Assembly: GCF_009914755.1 (NCBI RefSeq)
Contig: NC_060937.1
DNA: 64,000 bases
Direction: 5' to 3' (one strand)
Origin: the human T2T-CHM13v2.0 reference genome, Homo sapiens
In this document: positions 29,860 through 42,075 of the stretch, one piece after another
Numbering within the stretch: the stretch's first letter is position 1
How the letters are laid out: each line of letters starts with the position of its first letter
Translations under genes and position numbers: made by a program
Notes under the pieces: generated by a model
What the model saw: only the letters and a program-made list of their open reading frames with translations
What the model was told of the DNA's origin: nothing
The model's database searches: none

Positions 29860-30585
29860 AAAAATATAAGTTCTCCCTCAAACTTACTTATAGATTCAGC
29901 ACAATTTTAATCAAAATCCCAACAGGGGTTTTCATAAAATTTGATCCTAACATTCATTCGAGAGAGTAAAAGGCCAAAAATAGCCAAGACAGTTTTGAAG
30001 AAAATAAATAACAATGAGTCACTAACCCTTGATTCCACCATGAGTCACTAACCTTTGATTCCCTGTCAGAAATTAAGACAACCTATAAAGCTACAAGAAT
30101 TTAAAATGTGAGAACAGGGATAATCACGTAGACCAGTGGAATGAAATAAAGTGTGCTAGGACAAAGGGCCCACAATGTGGGAAATGATAAAATTATATTC
30201 TAACTTCATCCCATACTCAAAAGTTAATATTAGTACATCAAAGGACAAAATTTTTTTAAGAAAAATTTTAGCTTTTAGAAGAAAATATAGTCAAATATCT
30301 TAATGACCTTGTGGTAAGAGAAGGTTTCTTACATAACACATTGAAAAGTACAAATTCATAAAGAAAAAGATTGATAAACTTGGTTTCTTTAATATTTAAA
30401 GCTTCTCTATGACAGAAATCAACATAGAGCACTGGTGTATTTGTAAGGCAATTTGGCAATACCTAGTAAACTTCAATAGATGTATATCCTGCCATCCAGC
30501 AATCCCACTTCTATTATACCCTAGACAGATTCTTGCACACAAGCTCAAAGACACATAAAGAAATATCTTCCTTGCAGCAACTACC
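29860..30585 (+). mobile_element. Old L1M ORF2/3' fragments
   Basis: tatagattcagcacaattttaatcaaaatcccaacagg, aatagccaagacagttttgaagaa, ccagcaatcccacttcta. Confidence 0.7.
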
Positions 30586-30589
30586 AAAC

Positions 30590-30760
30590 ACTTATAAAAC
30601 CATCAGATCTCATGAGAACTCACTATCACCAGAACAGCATGCGGGAAACTGGCCCTGTAATTCAGTTACCTCCACCTGGTCTCTCCCTTGACATGTGGAG
30701 ATTACGAGGATTACAATTCAAGATAAAACTTGGGTGAAGACACAAAGCCTAATCATATCA
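30590..30760 (-). mobile_element. Partial MST/THE1 MaLR LTR
   Basis: cttataaaaccatcagatctcatgagaactcactatcacc...ttacctccacctggtctctcccttgacatgtgg...catatca. Confidence 0.85.
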
Positions 30761-31174
30761 CATATTGTAATTAATTTTTAAAGAAGAAATTAAAGCATAT
30801 TGATACAAAGTTGACAATTAGCTAAACAACTATGACATGGGATTAAAGGGAAAGTACTGGAAAGTTGAAGGTGCCAGCAGGAGAGTAGCTGAAGAGTTGT
30901 GCCATGGGGTCAGACTGGATGGTGAAGTAGACAGAGGAGGGGAGACATGAACTGGCAAGGAAAATGGAAAAGAGGAACTAAGGCAATTGGAGATTTCCTT
31001 GAAGCAAAGAACACATTTTGTGTAAGAGAATAAGAACTCTGGAAGGCCATGAAATTCTGGTTGGAGTGTGAATGTGAACATTGGGATGTCCAACATTGGC
31101 CTAGGCAAAGAATGTATGATACAGACCTCAAAAGCAAATACAGCAAAAACAAAAATAGACAAATGAGACTTCAT

Positions 31175-32735
31175 GCCAGTACTCTACCAATTGAACCATC
31201 ACCTATTCATCCATTTCTTTCCTCTTTGAGGAATATCTCATTATTTGATATATTTTTGTGGACTCAATTAAATATGGTGACTTTTGACCAGTGCAATTAT
31301 GTGTATTATTAAAGGATATGGTGCTTTCCAATCCATGATCAAGTGCTTTATCTCTTAAGTACCATTAGTATAAATTTCTAGGCATGCCAAAAACCACTGA
31401 GGTTTCATCAACATTTCCCATTTAATTCATACGTTTTCCCTCAATTGAATCATATGTTGCTAGAAATTAATCAACTTCTCTGTTCAAAGTTAGCAAGAAG
31501 TTTCTGACAAATTGTTGTTCAGTGATTTAATGCTATAATCATAGTTCTCTTCAATACACAGTTTTTGTGGCTTTGACATTTTTCATGTATACTGAGGAGT
31601 TTTATAATTTCTCCATCTTCAGTTACTTATGTAGCCATGGGGTCCACAATCCTTGTACAGATATCTCCACAAACATAACACAGCTTCATCTACTTGAGGG
31701 AATCTTCTTTCCTTAGATCTTATTATACTCGGCTTTTGCTCTTCAAAAGAATAAGGAATTATGCCTCCAACTACAAATATCTATTTCAGTAATATCAAAT
31801 GCACATGCTGCTGTTCTGTTTCCATGTCTACTTGTTTTCATAGTTTATCGTTTCAATGCCAAATATCAGTGTAATTCTTATTAAGATATTTAAAATAGCA
31901 ACTAAACTGACAAGGTACACGAGTCCACTGCAGTAACAACAGTATGAGTAGCTATGATCTAGTTTGTGTATGCAATGACAGGCAATGACAACTACATCAA
32001 AATTCCTGCCTGGTCTATGGCAATTGTAAAACACTGTCAATATTTTTTAAATTTTTTCTTTAAGTTCTGGGATACATGTACAGAACGTGCAGGTTTATTA
32101 CACAGGTACACATGTGCCACGGTTGTTTGCTGCACCTATCAACTCTGCATGAATTAGGTATTTGTCCTAATGCTCTCCCTCCCCTTGCCCCCCCACCCCG
32201 TGACAGGCCCTGGTGTGTGATGTTCCCCTCCTGTGTCCATGTGTTCTGATTGTTCTACTCCCACTTATAAGTGAGAATATGCGGTGTTTGGTTTTCTGTT
32301 CCTGTGTTAGTTTGCTGAGAATGATGGTTTCCAGCTTCATTCATGTCCCTGAAAAGGACATGAACTCATTCTTTTTTACGGCTGCACAGTATTCCATGAT
32401 TTATATGTGCCACATTTTCTTTATGCAGTGTATCATTGTTGGGCATTTGGGTTGGTTCCAAGTCTCTGCTATTGTAAATAGTGCTGCAATAAACATACAT
32501 GTGCATGTGTCTTTATAGTAGAATGATTTATAATCCTTTTGATATATACCCAGTAATGGGATTGCTGGGTCCAATGGTATTTCTGGTTCTAGATCCTTGA
32601 AGGATCACCACATTGTCTTCCACACTGGTTGAACTAATTTACACTCCCACCAACAACGCTATCAATTTTAAGATGCATCCCAATTTTAGACATGTGAAAA
32701 AAAATGTACCTCTTAGAGCCATTAGAACTAAGGTA
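31175..32735 (-). mobile_element. Kanga-like (TcMar-Tc2) DNA transposon relic interrupted by L1
   Basis: Minus strand reads HGNRTAACAFDITEIDICSWR and RFPQVDEAVL (pogo/Tc2-type DNA-binding motifs). Terminus taagatgcatcccaattttaga...tcttagagcc resembles the MER104/Kanga TIR region. Confidence 0.65.
32042..32655 (-). mobile_element. 5'-truncated L1PA7/8-like 3' end
   Basis: tttaagttctgggatacatgtacagaacgtgcagg...; degenerate TSD acactgtcaat (32031-32041) / acgctatcaat (32656-32666). Confidence 0.92.
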
Positions 32736-32914
32736 TACTAGTGAAAGTTGAGAAGAAAAGGAACTTTGGACCTTGGTGCTAGTAAGTCATCTATAAAAAC
32801 ATTGAAGTAGTCTTAACTAATAGTGAATCTAAGATGAAGAAGCTGCTTACCCATTTATGTACCTCATATCTCCCACTTCTACTTGTCCTTTCCTGTAAGC
32901 ATATAGGTAATACA

Positions 32915-33157
32915 AATAGCAATAATATTTATGGAGTGATTCCCATGTTGTCAGCGTCGTTTATACATGCAGTAATCCTCTTTTACATTTAATCTTTACA
33001 ACCACCCAACAAGGGTGCCATCGTTATTATCCTCATTTTACTAAGAAAACTGAAGAAAAAAGAGGTTAAATAACTTGCCTGAGATAGTAAGTGGCGGGTC
33101 CTGAATTCAAATCGGGCAGTGTGAATCAAAGCTTTGCATTAGGCCATTGTGCTTCTC
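32915..33157 (-). mobile_element. MIR
   Basis: tttaatctttacaaccacc...ttattatcctcattttactaagaaaactgaag...agaggttaaataacttgcctgaga. Confidence 0.8.
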
Positions 33158-35670
33158 CTTTTTTTTTAACTTTTATTTTAGGTTTAGGAGTACATGTGCA
33201 CGTTTGTTATATAGGCAAATTGTGTGTCACAGAGGTTTGGTGTACAGATTATTTTGCCACTCAGGTAATAACCATAGTACCCGATAGGTAGTTGTGATCC
33301 TCACCCTCCTCTCACCTTCCACTCTCAGGGAGGCCCTGAATTCTGTTGTTCTCTTCTTTGTGTCCATATGTACTCAAAGTTTAGCTCCCACTTACAAGTG
33401 AGAAAATGAAGTATTTGGTTTTCTGTTCCTATGTTAATTTGCTTAGGATAATGATCTCCAGCTCCATCCATGTTGCTGCAAAGGGCAATATTCTTCTTTA
33501 TGGCTGCATGGTATTCCATGGTGTACATGTACCACATTTTCTCTATCCAACCTACCACTGCTGGGCATTTAGGTTGATTCTATGTCTTTACTATTGTGAA
33601 TAGTGCTACGATGAACATATGTGTGCCATCACATTACCTGAATTCAAACTATACTGCAAGGTTACAATAACCAAAATAGCATGGTACTAGTACAAAAACA
33701 GACACATAGACCAATGGAACAGAATAGAGAGCCCAGAAATAAGGCCACACACCTACGATCATCCGATCTTCAGCAAAGCTGACAAAAACAAGCAATGAGG
33801 AAAAGACTCCCTGTTCAATAAATGGTGGTGGGATAACTGGCTGGCCATATGCAGAAGATTGAAACAGAACCCCTTTCTTACACCATATAGAAAAAATCAA
33901 CTCAAGATGGATTAAAGACCTAAATTTAAAACACAAAAACTATAAAAAATAAAAAACCCTGGAAGGTATCCTAGGAAATACCATTCTGGACATAGGACCT
34001 GACAAAGATCTCATGGTGAAGATGCCAAAAGCAATTGAAACAAAAACAAAAATTGACAAATCAGACCCAATTAAACTAAAGAGCTTCTGTGCAGCAAAAG
34101 GAACTATCAACAGAGTAAACAGACAACCTACAGAATGGGAGAAAATGTTTGCAAACTGTGACTCTGACAAAGGTCTAATATCCAGCATCTATAAGGAACT
34201 TATACAAACTTAAAAGCAAAAACCAAACATCCCCATTAAAAAGTGGGAAAAGGATGTAAACAGACACTTTTCAAAAGAAGACATACATGCAGCCAACAAG
34301 CATATCAAAAAAAGCTCAACATCACTGATCATTAGAGAAATACAAATCAAAACCACAATGAGATACCATCGCACACCAGTCATAATGGCTATTACTAAAA
34401 AGTGAAAAAACAACAGATGCTGGTGAGGTTGTGGAGAAAAGGAAACATTTATACACTGCTGGCAGGAAAGTACATTAGTTTAGCCATTGTGGAAAGCAGT
34501 TTGGTGATTTCTCAAATAACTTAAAACAGAATTACCTCATTATGGTTTTGATTTCTCTAATGACCAGTGACGATGAGCTTTTTTTCATGTTTGTTGGCTA
34601 CATAAATGTCTTCTTTTGAGAATTGTCTGTTTATATCCTTCTCCCACTTTTTGATGGGTTTTTTTTTCTTGTAAATTTGTTTCAGTTTCTTGTAGATTCT
34701 GGATATTAGCCCTTTGTCAGATGGATAGATTGCAAAAACTTTCTCCCATTCTGTAGGTTGTCTGTTCACTCTGATGATAGTTTTTCTTGCTGTGCAGAAG
34801 CTCTTTAGTTTAATTAGATCCCATTTGTCAATTTTGGCTTTTGTTGCCATTGCTTTCAGTGTTTTAGTCATGAAGTCTTTGCCCTATCTCATGCCAGTTA
34901 GAATGGTGATCATTAAAAAGTCAGGAAACAACAGACGCTGGAGAGAATGTGGAGAAATAGGAATGCTTTTACACTGTTGGTGGAAGTGTAAGTTAGCTCA
35001 ACTATTGTGGAAGTCAGTGTGGCAATTCCTCGGGGATCTACAACCAGAAATACCATTTGACCCAGCAATCCTATTACTAGGTATATAACCAAAGGATTAT
35101 AAATCATTCACCTATAAAGACACATGCACATGTATGTTTATTGCGGCACTATTCACAATAGCAAAGACTTAGAACCAACCCAAATGCCCATCAATGATAG
35201 ACAGGATAAAGAAAATATGGCACATATACACCATGGAATACTATGCAGCCATAAAAAAGGATGAGTTCATGTCCTTTGCAGGGACATGAATGAAACTGGA
35301 AACCATCATTCTCAGCAAACTAATACAGGAACAGAAAACCAAACACCATATGTTCTCACTCATAAGTGGGAATTGAACAATGAGAAAACATGAACACAGG
35401 GAGGAGAACATCCCACACCAGGGCCTGTCGGGGGGTGGGGGACTAGGGGAGAGATAGCATTAGGAGAATTACCTAATGTGGATGACGGGTTGATGGGTGC
35501 AGCAAATCACCATGGCATGTGTACACCTATGTAACAAACCTGCACATTCTGCACATGTACCCAGAACTTAAAGTATTTTATATATATATAAACAGAATTA
35601 CCATTCAACCAAGCAATTTCATTATTGGGTATATACCCAAAGGAGTAGAAATCATTCTACTATAAGGACA
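33158..35670 (-). mobile_element. Older L1PA with 5' inversion (3' end on minus 33158-33626; inverted part on plus 33627-35670), split by a younger L1
   Basis: Breakpoints are contiguous in L1 consensus (...ctataaggaca | gcacacatatgttc...). Degenerate TSD cattgtgcttctc (33145-33157) / catcatgtttctc (35669-35681). Confidence 0.85.
34537..35589 (+). mobile_element. L1PA7/8-like element with 5' inversion (inverted 34537-34884; sense 34885-35589)
   Basis: Perfect 13-bp TSD aaacagaattacc (34524-34536 / 35590-35602); orientation switch at gtctttgccc|tatctcatgccagttag. Confidence 0.92.
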
Positions 35671-35839
35671 TCATGTTTCTCGAATCATACCTACCCCTAT
35701 TTCCCTGCAGGGGCAGGAGATAGACCACCAGAAGTGCTGCACGCCCCTCCAGAGACTTGATTATTGGTACTCACCTTATATCCAATCATTTGCCATACTC
35801 CACCTCTTGGTCTTACAAATGCAATGAATGGCAACAACT

Positions 35840-36515
35840 ACAAAAGATAGCATTGTCATAGTACTTAACAATTTGTAAAACATTTGTATATATCATGTGA
35901 CTTAACCCTCACAACAGCTCTGCAAGGTACATATGATTTCCCCAATCTTACCAATAAAGATACAGATGTTCTATTAACTAAGGCTAAGACTAAGCAGGTA
36001 TCATATAGAGGCAAACAATACAGAGGATTAAATAAGACAGACATTTGATCCTCTTCCATTTTATCCTGTGGAGCTAAGAGGTCCAAGCTGGTGGGAAAGC
36101 TATACTTCACAAAGTCATCTTGGGAACCAGGTTCCTTCGTCTTCTTGGTCTGCTGTTCCTAGGGAAGTTGTTCTCATCTGCACCATAGAATCTGGATCAC
36201 CCCTAGGTCCAGGATCCAGCTCAAGAGAAGGGGAAGGAGGAGAGAGTCTAGGGTAGGCAATTTTCTGAAACAACACCTCTCCTTATATTCCATTCGTGAG
36301 AACTTAGTCATGAGACCGGTCATATCCAGCTATGAAGGAAGCTGAGAAATGTAGTCCTTAGCTGGGCAACCATGTGCCCAGGAGGAAGGAACAGACTTTG
36401 CAGGACAACAGATGCTCAAAAAGACTAAGTGACTTTCCTAAGGGCACTTAGCTAGTGAGTCAGAACCTAGTCTTCCAACTCCAGACCCAAAGTTGATTTT
36501 TCTATACCACAGCAT
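35840..36515 (-). mobile_element. MIR interrupted by an MLT1 LTR
   Basis: ttaaccctcacaacagctctgcaaggta...ataaagatacaga | gctcaaaaagactaagtgactttcctaagggcac. Confidence 0.65.
35967..36407 (-). mobile_element. MLT1 (J/K-like) LTR
   Basis: agaacttagtcatgag...gaagctgagaaatgtagtccttagctgggcaaccatgtgccca; possible TSD acaga. Confidence 0.7.
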
Positions 36516-38709
36516 CTTTACAATGAAAAAGTCAGAGACGTCTTAAGAAACATCGCTACAGAACATTTCAAACAACTAAATTTAAAGGGACTAAAGCCAA
36601 TCCTTTTGATATTAAGGAAAGATGGGGCACTATGGACAACGTGTCCCCTCTAAATAGGTAACAACAGCCCCTGAGGATCAGTTTCTCTCAGAGGTCCTAG
36701 CAGAGGTGACAAGTGACTCAGTCCCCTCCACATTGTGCAAGGGTTAATTATGCTATCTTTCACTTATCTAGTTTATTTTTGTTGTTTTTTGGCACTATTT
36801 GGAATGCTAGCTTTTCAGTCATTTCTGATTTCTCTGCACGTCTGTAGCTCATGTAAAAATTTGGCAGGAGATGGGACTGAAAAGGAACAGCTTAACTGAA
36901 CAGCTGTTTGTCAGTTCCAGGCAGCACCTGTGAGATGTACTGTGGCATTTTTGAACAGGGGGATAGGGAGGGTGAAGTGAAATAGAAAAGACTCCGGAGC
37001 TCTCAGGCTAGCATTAAATGAAAAAAGATTTCAGGCACATCAAGACCAGGCAAATATTTAATGGTAGTTAACATGAGTAGACCAGTAAAGACTAGGTGGA
37101 AGTCACTGGGATAGATCCAATGAGGACTCTGTGGAGGAAAAAGCAAGGTGAGTGTGCTGTTATTAATGTAGCCCGAAAAGATAACACCCTGTTTCCTTTT
37201 CTCCTTCCCACCCCACACACAGAGAGCAGAGAGGATTGATTTGAAGTATACTTCAGTACTCTGTCCATTTCATGATTCAAGCTGTCAGACATCCCTTGAG
37301 TCTATCCCCTTCTCATCAGCTCTTCTGGAAAATCTTGCACTGAGGTTTCCATTTGCATCTCATGCTGAAATCTCCCATGGATCAAACACTCTCTCACTCT
37401 TGCAGTTTTACACCCCTCAAATTGTCAGACAGCCCTGCTCTGCCCCTATTAAGTCTCTACTTCGCCAAGCCCCATGGCTCTGGTTCCTTCCACTTTGTTC
37501 TAACTTGGTCCTGTCCTCCCAGGTCATTGCAGCTGCTCTGCCCTGAGCTCACATGCCCTTACTCTCTTGCTCTCTCTCCTTTGACTTCAGCTCCCTGTTG
37601 TCCATAACTGATGGCTGATGACCCCTGCCATCACAGTATAGCACTCCAAAGGAAAAAATGTCACCTTTTCTGGTCTGGCATTTCATCAACTGATAGAACA
37701 GTTTTGCATGTACATTGCATTTTACAGGATACAAAGTCCATGATGTTCAGCACAGCACTTGCCAGGTATCTGGCACGGACATAGCTCTCTCCCTCCCAAC
37801 AGTCCCTCCACTTCAGTGTCTCTTCAAGCTCAGGAATAAGAACCTAGTGACTAACCCCACTCTATCCAACCTACGGATGGAAAACTAAGGCCCAGAGATG
37901 GGGGTGGTGGGTGTGGTGCAGAACGGTTGAACTAAAATCTTAGCATGGATAGCAGTGCTGGGATTTCAGATTCTGCATTTCTAACAAGCTCCCAGAGGAG
38001 ATCCTAACAATTCTCTGAGTACTGAGAGCATCTTCTAATCAGAGCCTGCAAGGTGACTTATTTCTTCAAACAAACCAACTGCTATGACTTTAAATTTTAG
38101 GTCTGGCGTTTCAAATCCCTTATTGGTAATTAACAAATGGTCCCACTGAAAATGACATATTTCATAAAGTAAATTACCCTGAAAATGAGACATCATGCCC
38201 TCCCCACTCCCAATCCATCTCAAAGGGGGATTAAAACAACAGTTTCGTTTCAATAAAAGATAAACCGGAAAGATATTTTGTCATCATCAATTTAATTACT
38301 CTTGACATTACATCATATATTAGTCCTCTTTACCTAATGTAAGTTAACTTTCTCAGCAGCAGAAACACACTGCATAATACCCCTTGAGTTCTTTAAAATC
38401 AAAAGCTTTGTTCCAAGCAGTAGAATTAGATCTAATCAATAGATTGTATTTTTCTACCTAATTTCAACTCTATATTTGTTAACGTTTGTTTCTTAAGCCA
38501 TGTCGTCTATAACTAGAATATATTTTACTAAATTTCTAGCAATGGAATAGACATTTTTTAATCCTTAAGTATAGTGATCTTGTATGTGATTAAATGCAGG
38601 GTATTTTTGAGCCTACATAAGAAAAAATGTATTGTTAGGTGCTAGGTAAAGATTACTAATAACAACGAACTCAGTGAAACAACAGCCAATCTGTTGCCTA
38701 TTTCAGTTG

Positions 38710-39170
38710 CCCATTCATCCATTAAGTATGTTTTGAATGCCTATCATGTCATTGACACTATGCAAGTTACTTGGGATCCAAAGATAAACAGGCCATGGTC
38801 GCTATTGTCAAAGTGCTCAAGGTCTACTGGAGAATAAGAGTGGCAAGGACTATTGTCTTTTGCTGTGATAAGTGCACTGCAGAGGGATGCTTGCAGTTCT
38901 GCAGCAGCACACTGGAGGAGAATCTAACTATAGATATCAAGGAAATATTATATAGAAAATACTTGAGTTTGCTACATAGGAGTTAGCCATGCCAAGATGG
39001 GAGAAGAGGATACGGGCTTACCTGACCAGGCAACTAACCCCTGCAAAGGTCAGGAATTTATGGGGAAATGCACATGAAGGAACTTCAAGTAGGTCAGAAT
39101 GGCTGGAATAGAAAGTGGGAAGGTAGGAGTGAAAAGGCACGTGCATCGAGAAGCATTGGCAGATAGGTGG
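38710..39170 (-). mobile_element. L2 fragment
   Basis: ccattcatccattaagtatgttttgaatgcctatcatgtc...ggtcagaatggctggaatagaaagtggg. Confidence 0.6.
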
Positions 39171-39439
39171 GGGAAGACTCAACCCCAGTCTTTTCAACCA
39201 CACCCTGGTGCTCCCACCACACCAAGCTGTGCAGGGCAGATGCGAAAAACACCATACATAGTATGCATTCTGGAGACTGGAGGAGACTGAGGTAACTTTA
39301 GGTTAGGTCAATCAAGGAAGGCTCCATGGAGTACCAAGAGACTGTACCTTATCTAGAAGAATGGTTCCGGTCGGGTGGTGCCATATTGTGTTATGCTTAG
39401 AATAGCTCTCACCCACATAATCTATGGTTCTTCACAATT

Positions 39440-39760
39440 GAGATTGACTTTCTCTGTGCTCTCTTCACCTCTCCCAGCCCCCTTGCCCCTTACTAGATGG
39501 CCCTCCACCATGCTGCTAAAGCAGCATGTTCTCATCTCTACCATAGCACTAAAAGCACGCAATACGATAGTGATTTCTCTCCCTTACATCCCCAGGTGTA
39601 TACTTCTTGATGAAAGAGGTGGCATGTTTTTCTATTACTAATATTATTATTTTTATTATACCTATAATATAGGGCCTGGACCACAATAAGTATTTGAAAA
39701 ATGTTTGTCAAAATGGATGGATAATGGATAGATGGATTAATAAATGGATAGATTAATGAA
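39440..39760 (+). mobile_element. L2 3' fragment
   Basis: atagggcctggaccacaataagtatttgaaaaatgtttgtcaaaatggatggataatggatagatgg tail. Confidence 0.55.
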
Positions 39761-40478
39761 TTATAATCTACTTGAGAACACACCCTGTTTGTTTTGTGTG
39801 TCAATTCTACATTCTCATATAAGTGTTTTTAAAACATTTCTTTACTTGGTAAATAAACCAGACTAGAAGTGAAGGCCTAGATAAGGAGGAAGTGGAAGAT
39901 CAAAGCAAAGTGCCCCAGGAATTAAGAAAGCAGAACATATTCTATTAAGTATAGGAAAATCTGTATGTATATCCCATTAAGTGAAGAAAAATCAACAATA
40001 AATTAATTGAAACAAATTATCTGACTCAAAAAGTAAAATATGCAACACTACCAAATCTGTTTCATAAAAGAATTTTTGTAAAGTCTTCAGAAAACACAGT
40101 TCTGTCCCAGGGAAATCCATTAGAACTGGAGTTATGAAGCCCTAGAAAGAGGAGGCTTCAAGTCAAAACAAGCTCACGCACCACGATGGACAGCCACTTT
40201 CCCATCCACTGCCTCATTCTGTCAACACTACAGTGAAATAGACATCCTTTTCCCCAAAATTCACAGGCCAAAAGACCATAGATTTATATATGGACTAAAA
40301 CAAAATTAAATGCATACTTAAATGACTACTTCATTTAAATTCAAATACTAGTTTTTTAGTATCTGTCACATCCCAGTACTGTTCTAAGCACAATAAAGGA
40401 ACATTTTAGAAAAAAACAAAAAACCTATAGAGCAGCTGCTTGCCTTCAAAAATTTGTACTTTTTGCAGGGAGAAAAAA

Positions 40479-40526
40479 TGTGTGTGTGTGTGTGTGTGTG
40501 TGTGTCTGTCTGTGTGTGTGTGTGTG
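40479..40526. repeat. (TG)n microsatellite
   Basis: Directly visible, with a tctgtc interruption. Confidence 0.95.
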
Positions 40527-41145
40527 AAATTTGGAAATTATTAGCAGCACAGAAAACTAGCTAGATTATTAGTACCAGTACTAACAAAAGTACTAATTAG
40601 TACTAGGTGACTGACTATCCTAGGAGAAATTATTTCACCCCCCCACAGTGTCTTACAGAGAGCTACTGAATGAAATACAAGTGTAGAGTACCTTTGTATT
40701 TGATTCCTATGCCTGCTGCAGTAAGTTACCACAAACTTAGTGGCTTAAACAACAGAAATTTATTCTGTCAGCTTGAAGACCAGAAGTCTGAAAGCAGTAT
40801 TGATGAGCTAACATCAAGGTGTCAGCAGGGCCACATTCTTTCTGGAGGCTCCAGAAGAGAATTCATCCCTCAGTTCTTCCAGCTTCTGGTAGCAACTGAT
40901 ATTTCTTGGCTGGTAGCCCCTCTCTTCTCCATCTTCACACCACCTTCTCGTCTATTTGCCTAATATAGTGTTGATGTTTGTTTCCACCCAAATCACTGGG
41001 GGTTGCATTGTAACCCCCAGTGCAGGAGGTAAGGCCTGGTGGGTGATGCATGGGAACAGATCCATCATGAATGGCTTGGGTCATCTCCTTGATAAGTGAA
41101 GTCTCACTCTGAGTTCATATGAGATCCAGTCATTTAAAAGTGTGT

Positions 41146-41679
41146 TTGACCCAGCAATCCCATTACTGGGTATATACCCAAAGGATTATAAATCATTCTA
41201 CTATAAAGACACATGCACATGTATGTTTATTGCAGAACTATTCACAATAGCAAAGACTTGGAACCAACCCAAATGCCCATCAGTAATAGACTGGATAAAG
41301 AAAATGTGGCACATATACACCATGGAATACTATGCAGCCATAAAAAAGGATGAGTTCATGTCCTTTTCAGGGACATGGATGAAGCTGGAAACCATCATCC
41401 TCAGCAAACTAACATAGGAACAGAAAACCAAACACCACATATTCTCACTCATAAGTGGGAGTTGAATAATGAGAACACATGGACACAGAGAGGGGAACCT
41501 CCCACACCAGGGCCTGTCAGGGGGTGGGGGGCAAGGGGAGGGATAGCATTCGGAAAATATCTAATGTAGATGACAGTTTGATGGGTGTAGCAAACCACCA
41601 TGGCACGTGTATACCTATGTAACAAACCTGCACGTTCTGCACATGTACCCCAGAACTTAAAGTATAATTTTTTTTTAAA
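41146..41679 (+). mobile_element. 5'-truncated L1PA7/8-like 3' end
   Basis: ORF 41142-41417 is the L1 C-terminus; TSD aaaagtgtgt (41136-41145) / aaaagcgtgt (41680-41689). Confidence 0.93.
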
Positions 41680-41899
41680 AAAAGCGTGTGGCTCCTACAA
41701 CCTAACTCTCTCTCACTTGCTCCTGCATTTGTCATGTGGTGTATCTAATCCCCCTTCACCTTTCACCGTGATTGAAAGCTTCCTGAGGCCTCCCTAGAAG
41801 CTGAGCAGATGCCAGCATCATGCTTCCTGTCCAGCCTGCAGAACTGTGATCCAATTAAGTCTCTTTTCATTATAAATTACTCCTCTCAGGTATTTCTTT

Positions 41900-42075
41900 T
41901 TGTTTGTTTGTTTGTTTATTTTATTTTATTTTTATTATTATTATACTTTAAGTTTTAGGGTACATGTGCACAATGTGCAGGTTAGTTACATATGTATACA
42001 TGTGCCATGCTGGTGTGCTGCACCCATTAACTCGTCATTTAGCATTAGGTATATCTCCTAATGCTATCCCTCCCC
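41900..42075 (-). mobile_element. Very short young L1 (L1PA2/3-like) 3' end
   Basis: ttatactttaagttttagggtacatgtgcacaatgtgcaggttagttacatatg...; perfect 18-bp TSD cctctcaggtatttcttt (41882-41899 / 42076-42093). Confidence 0.95.
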
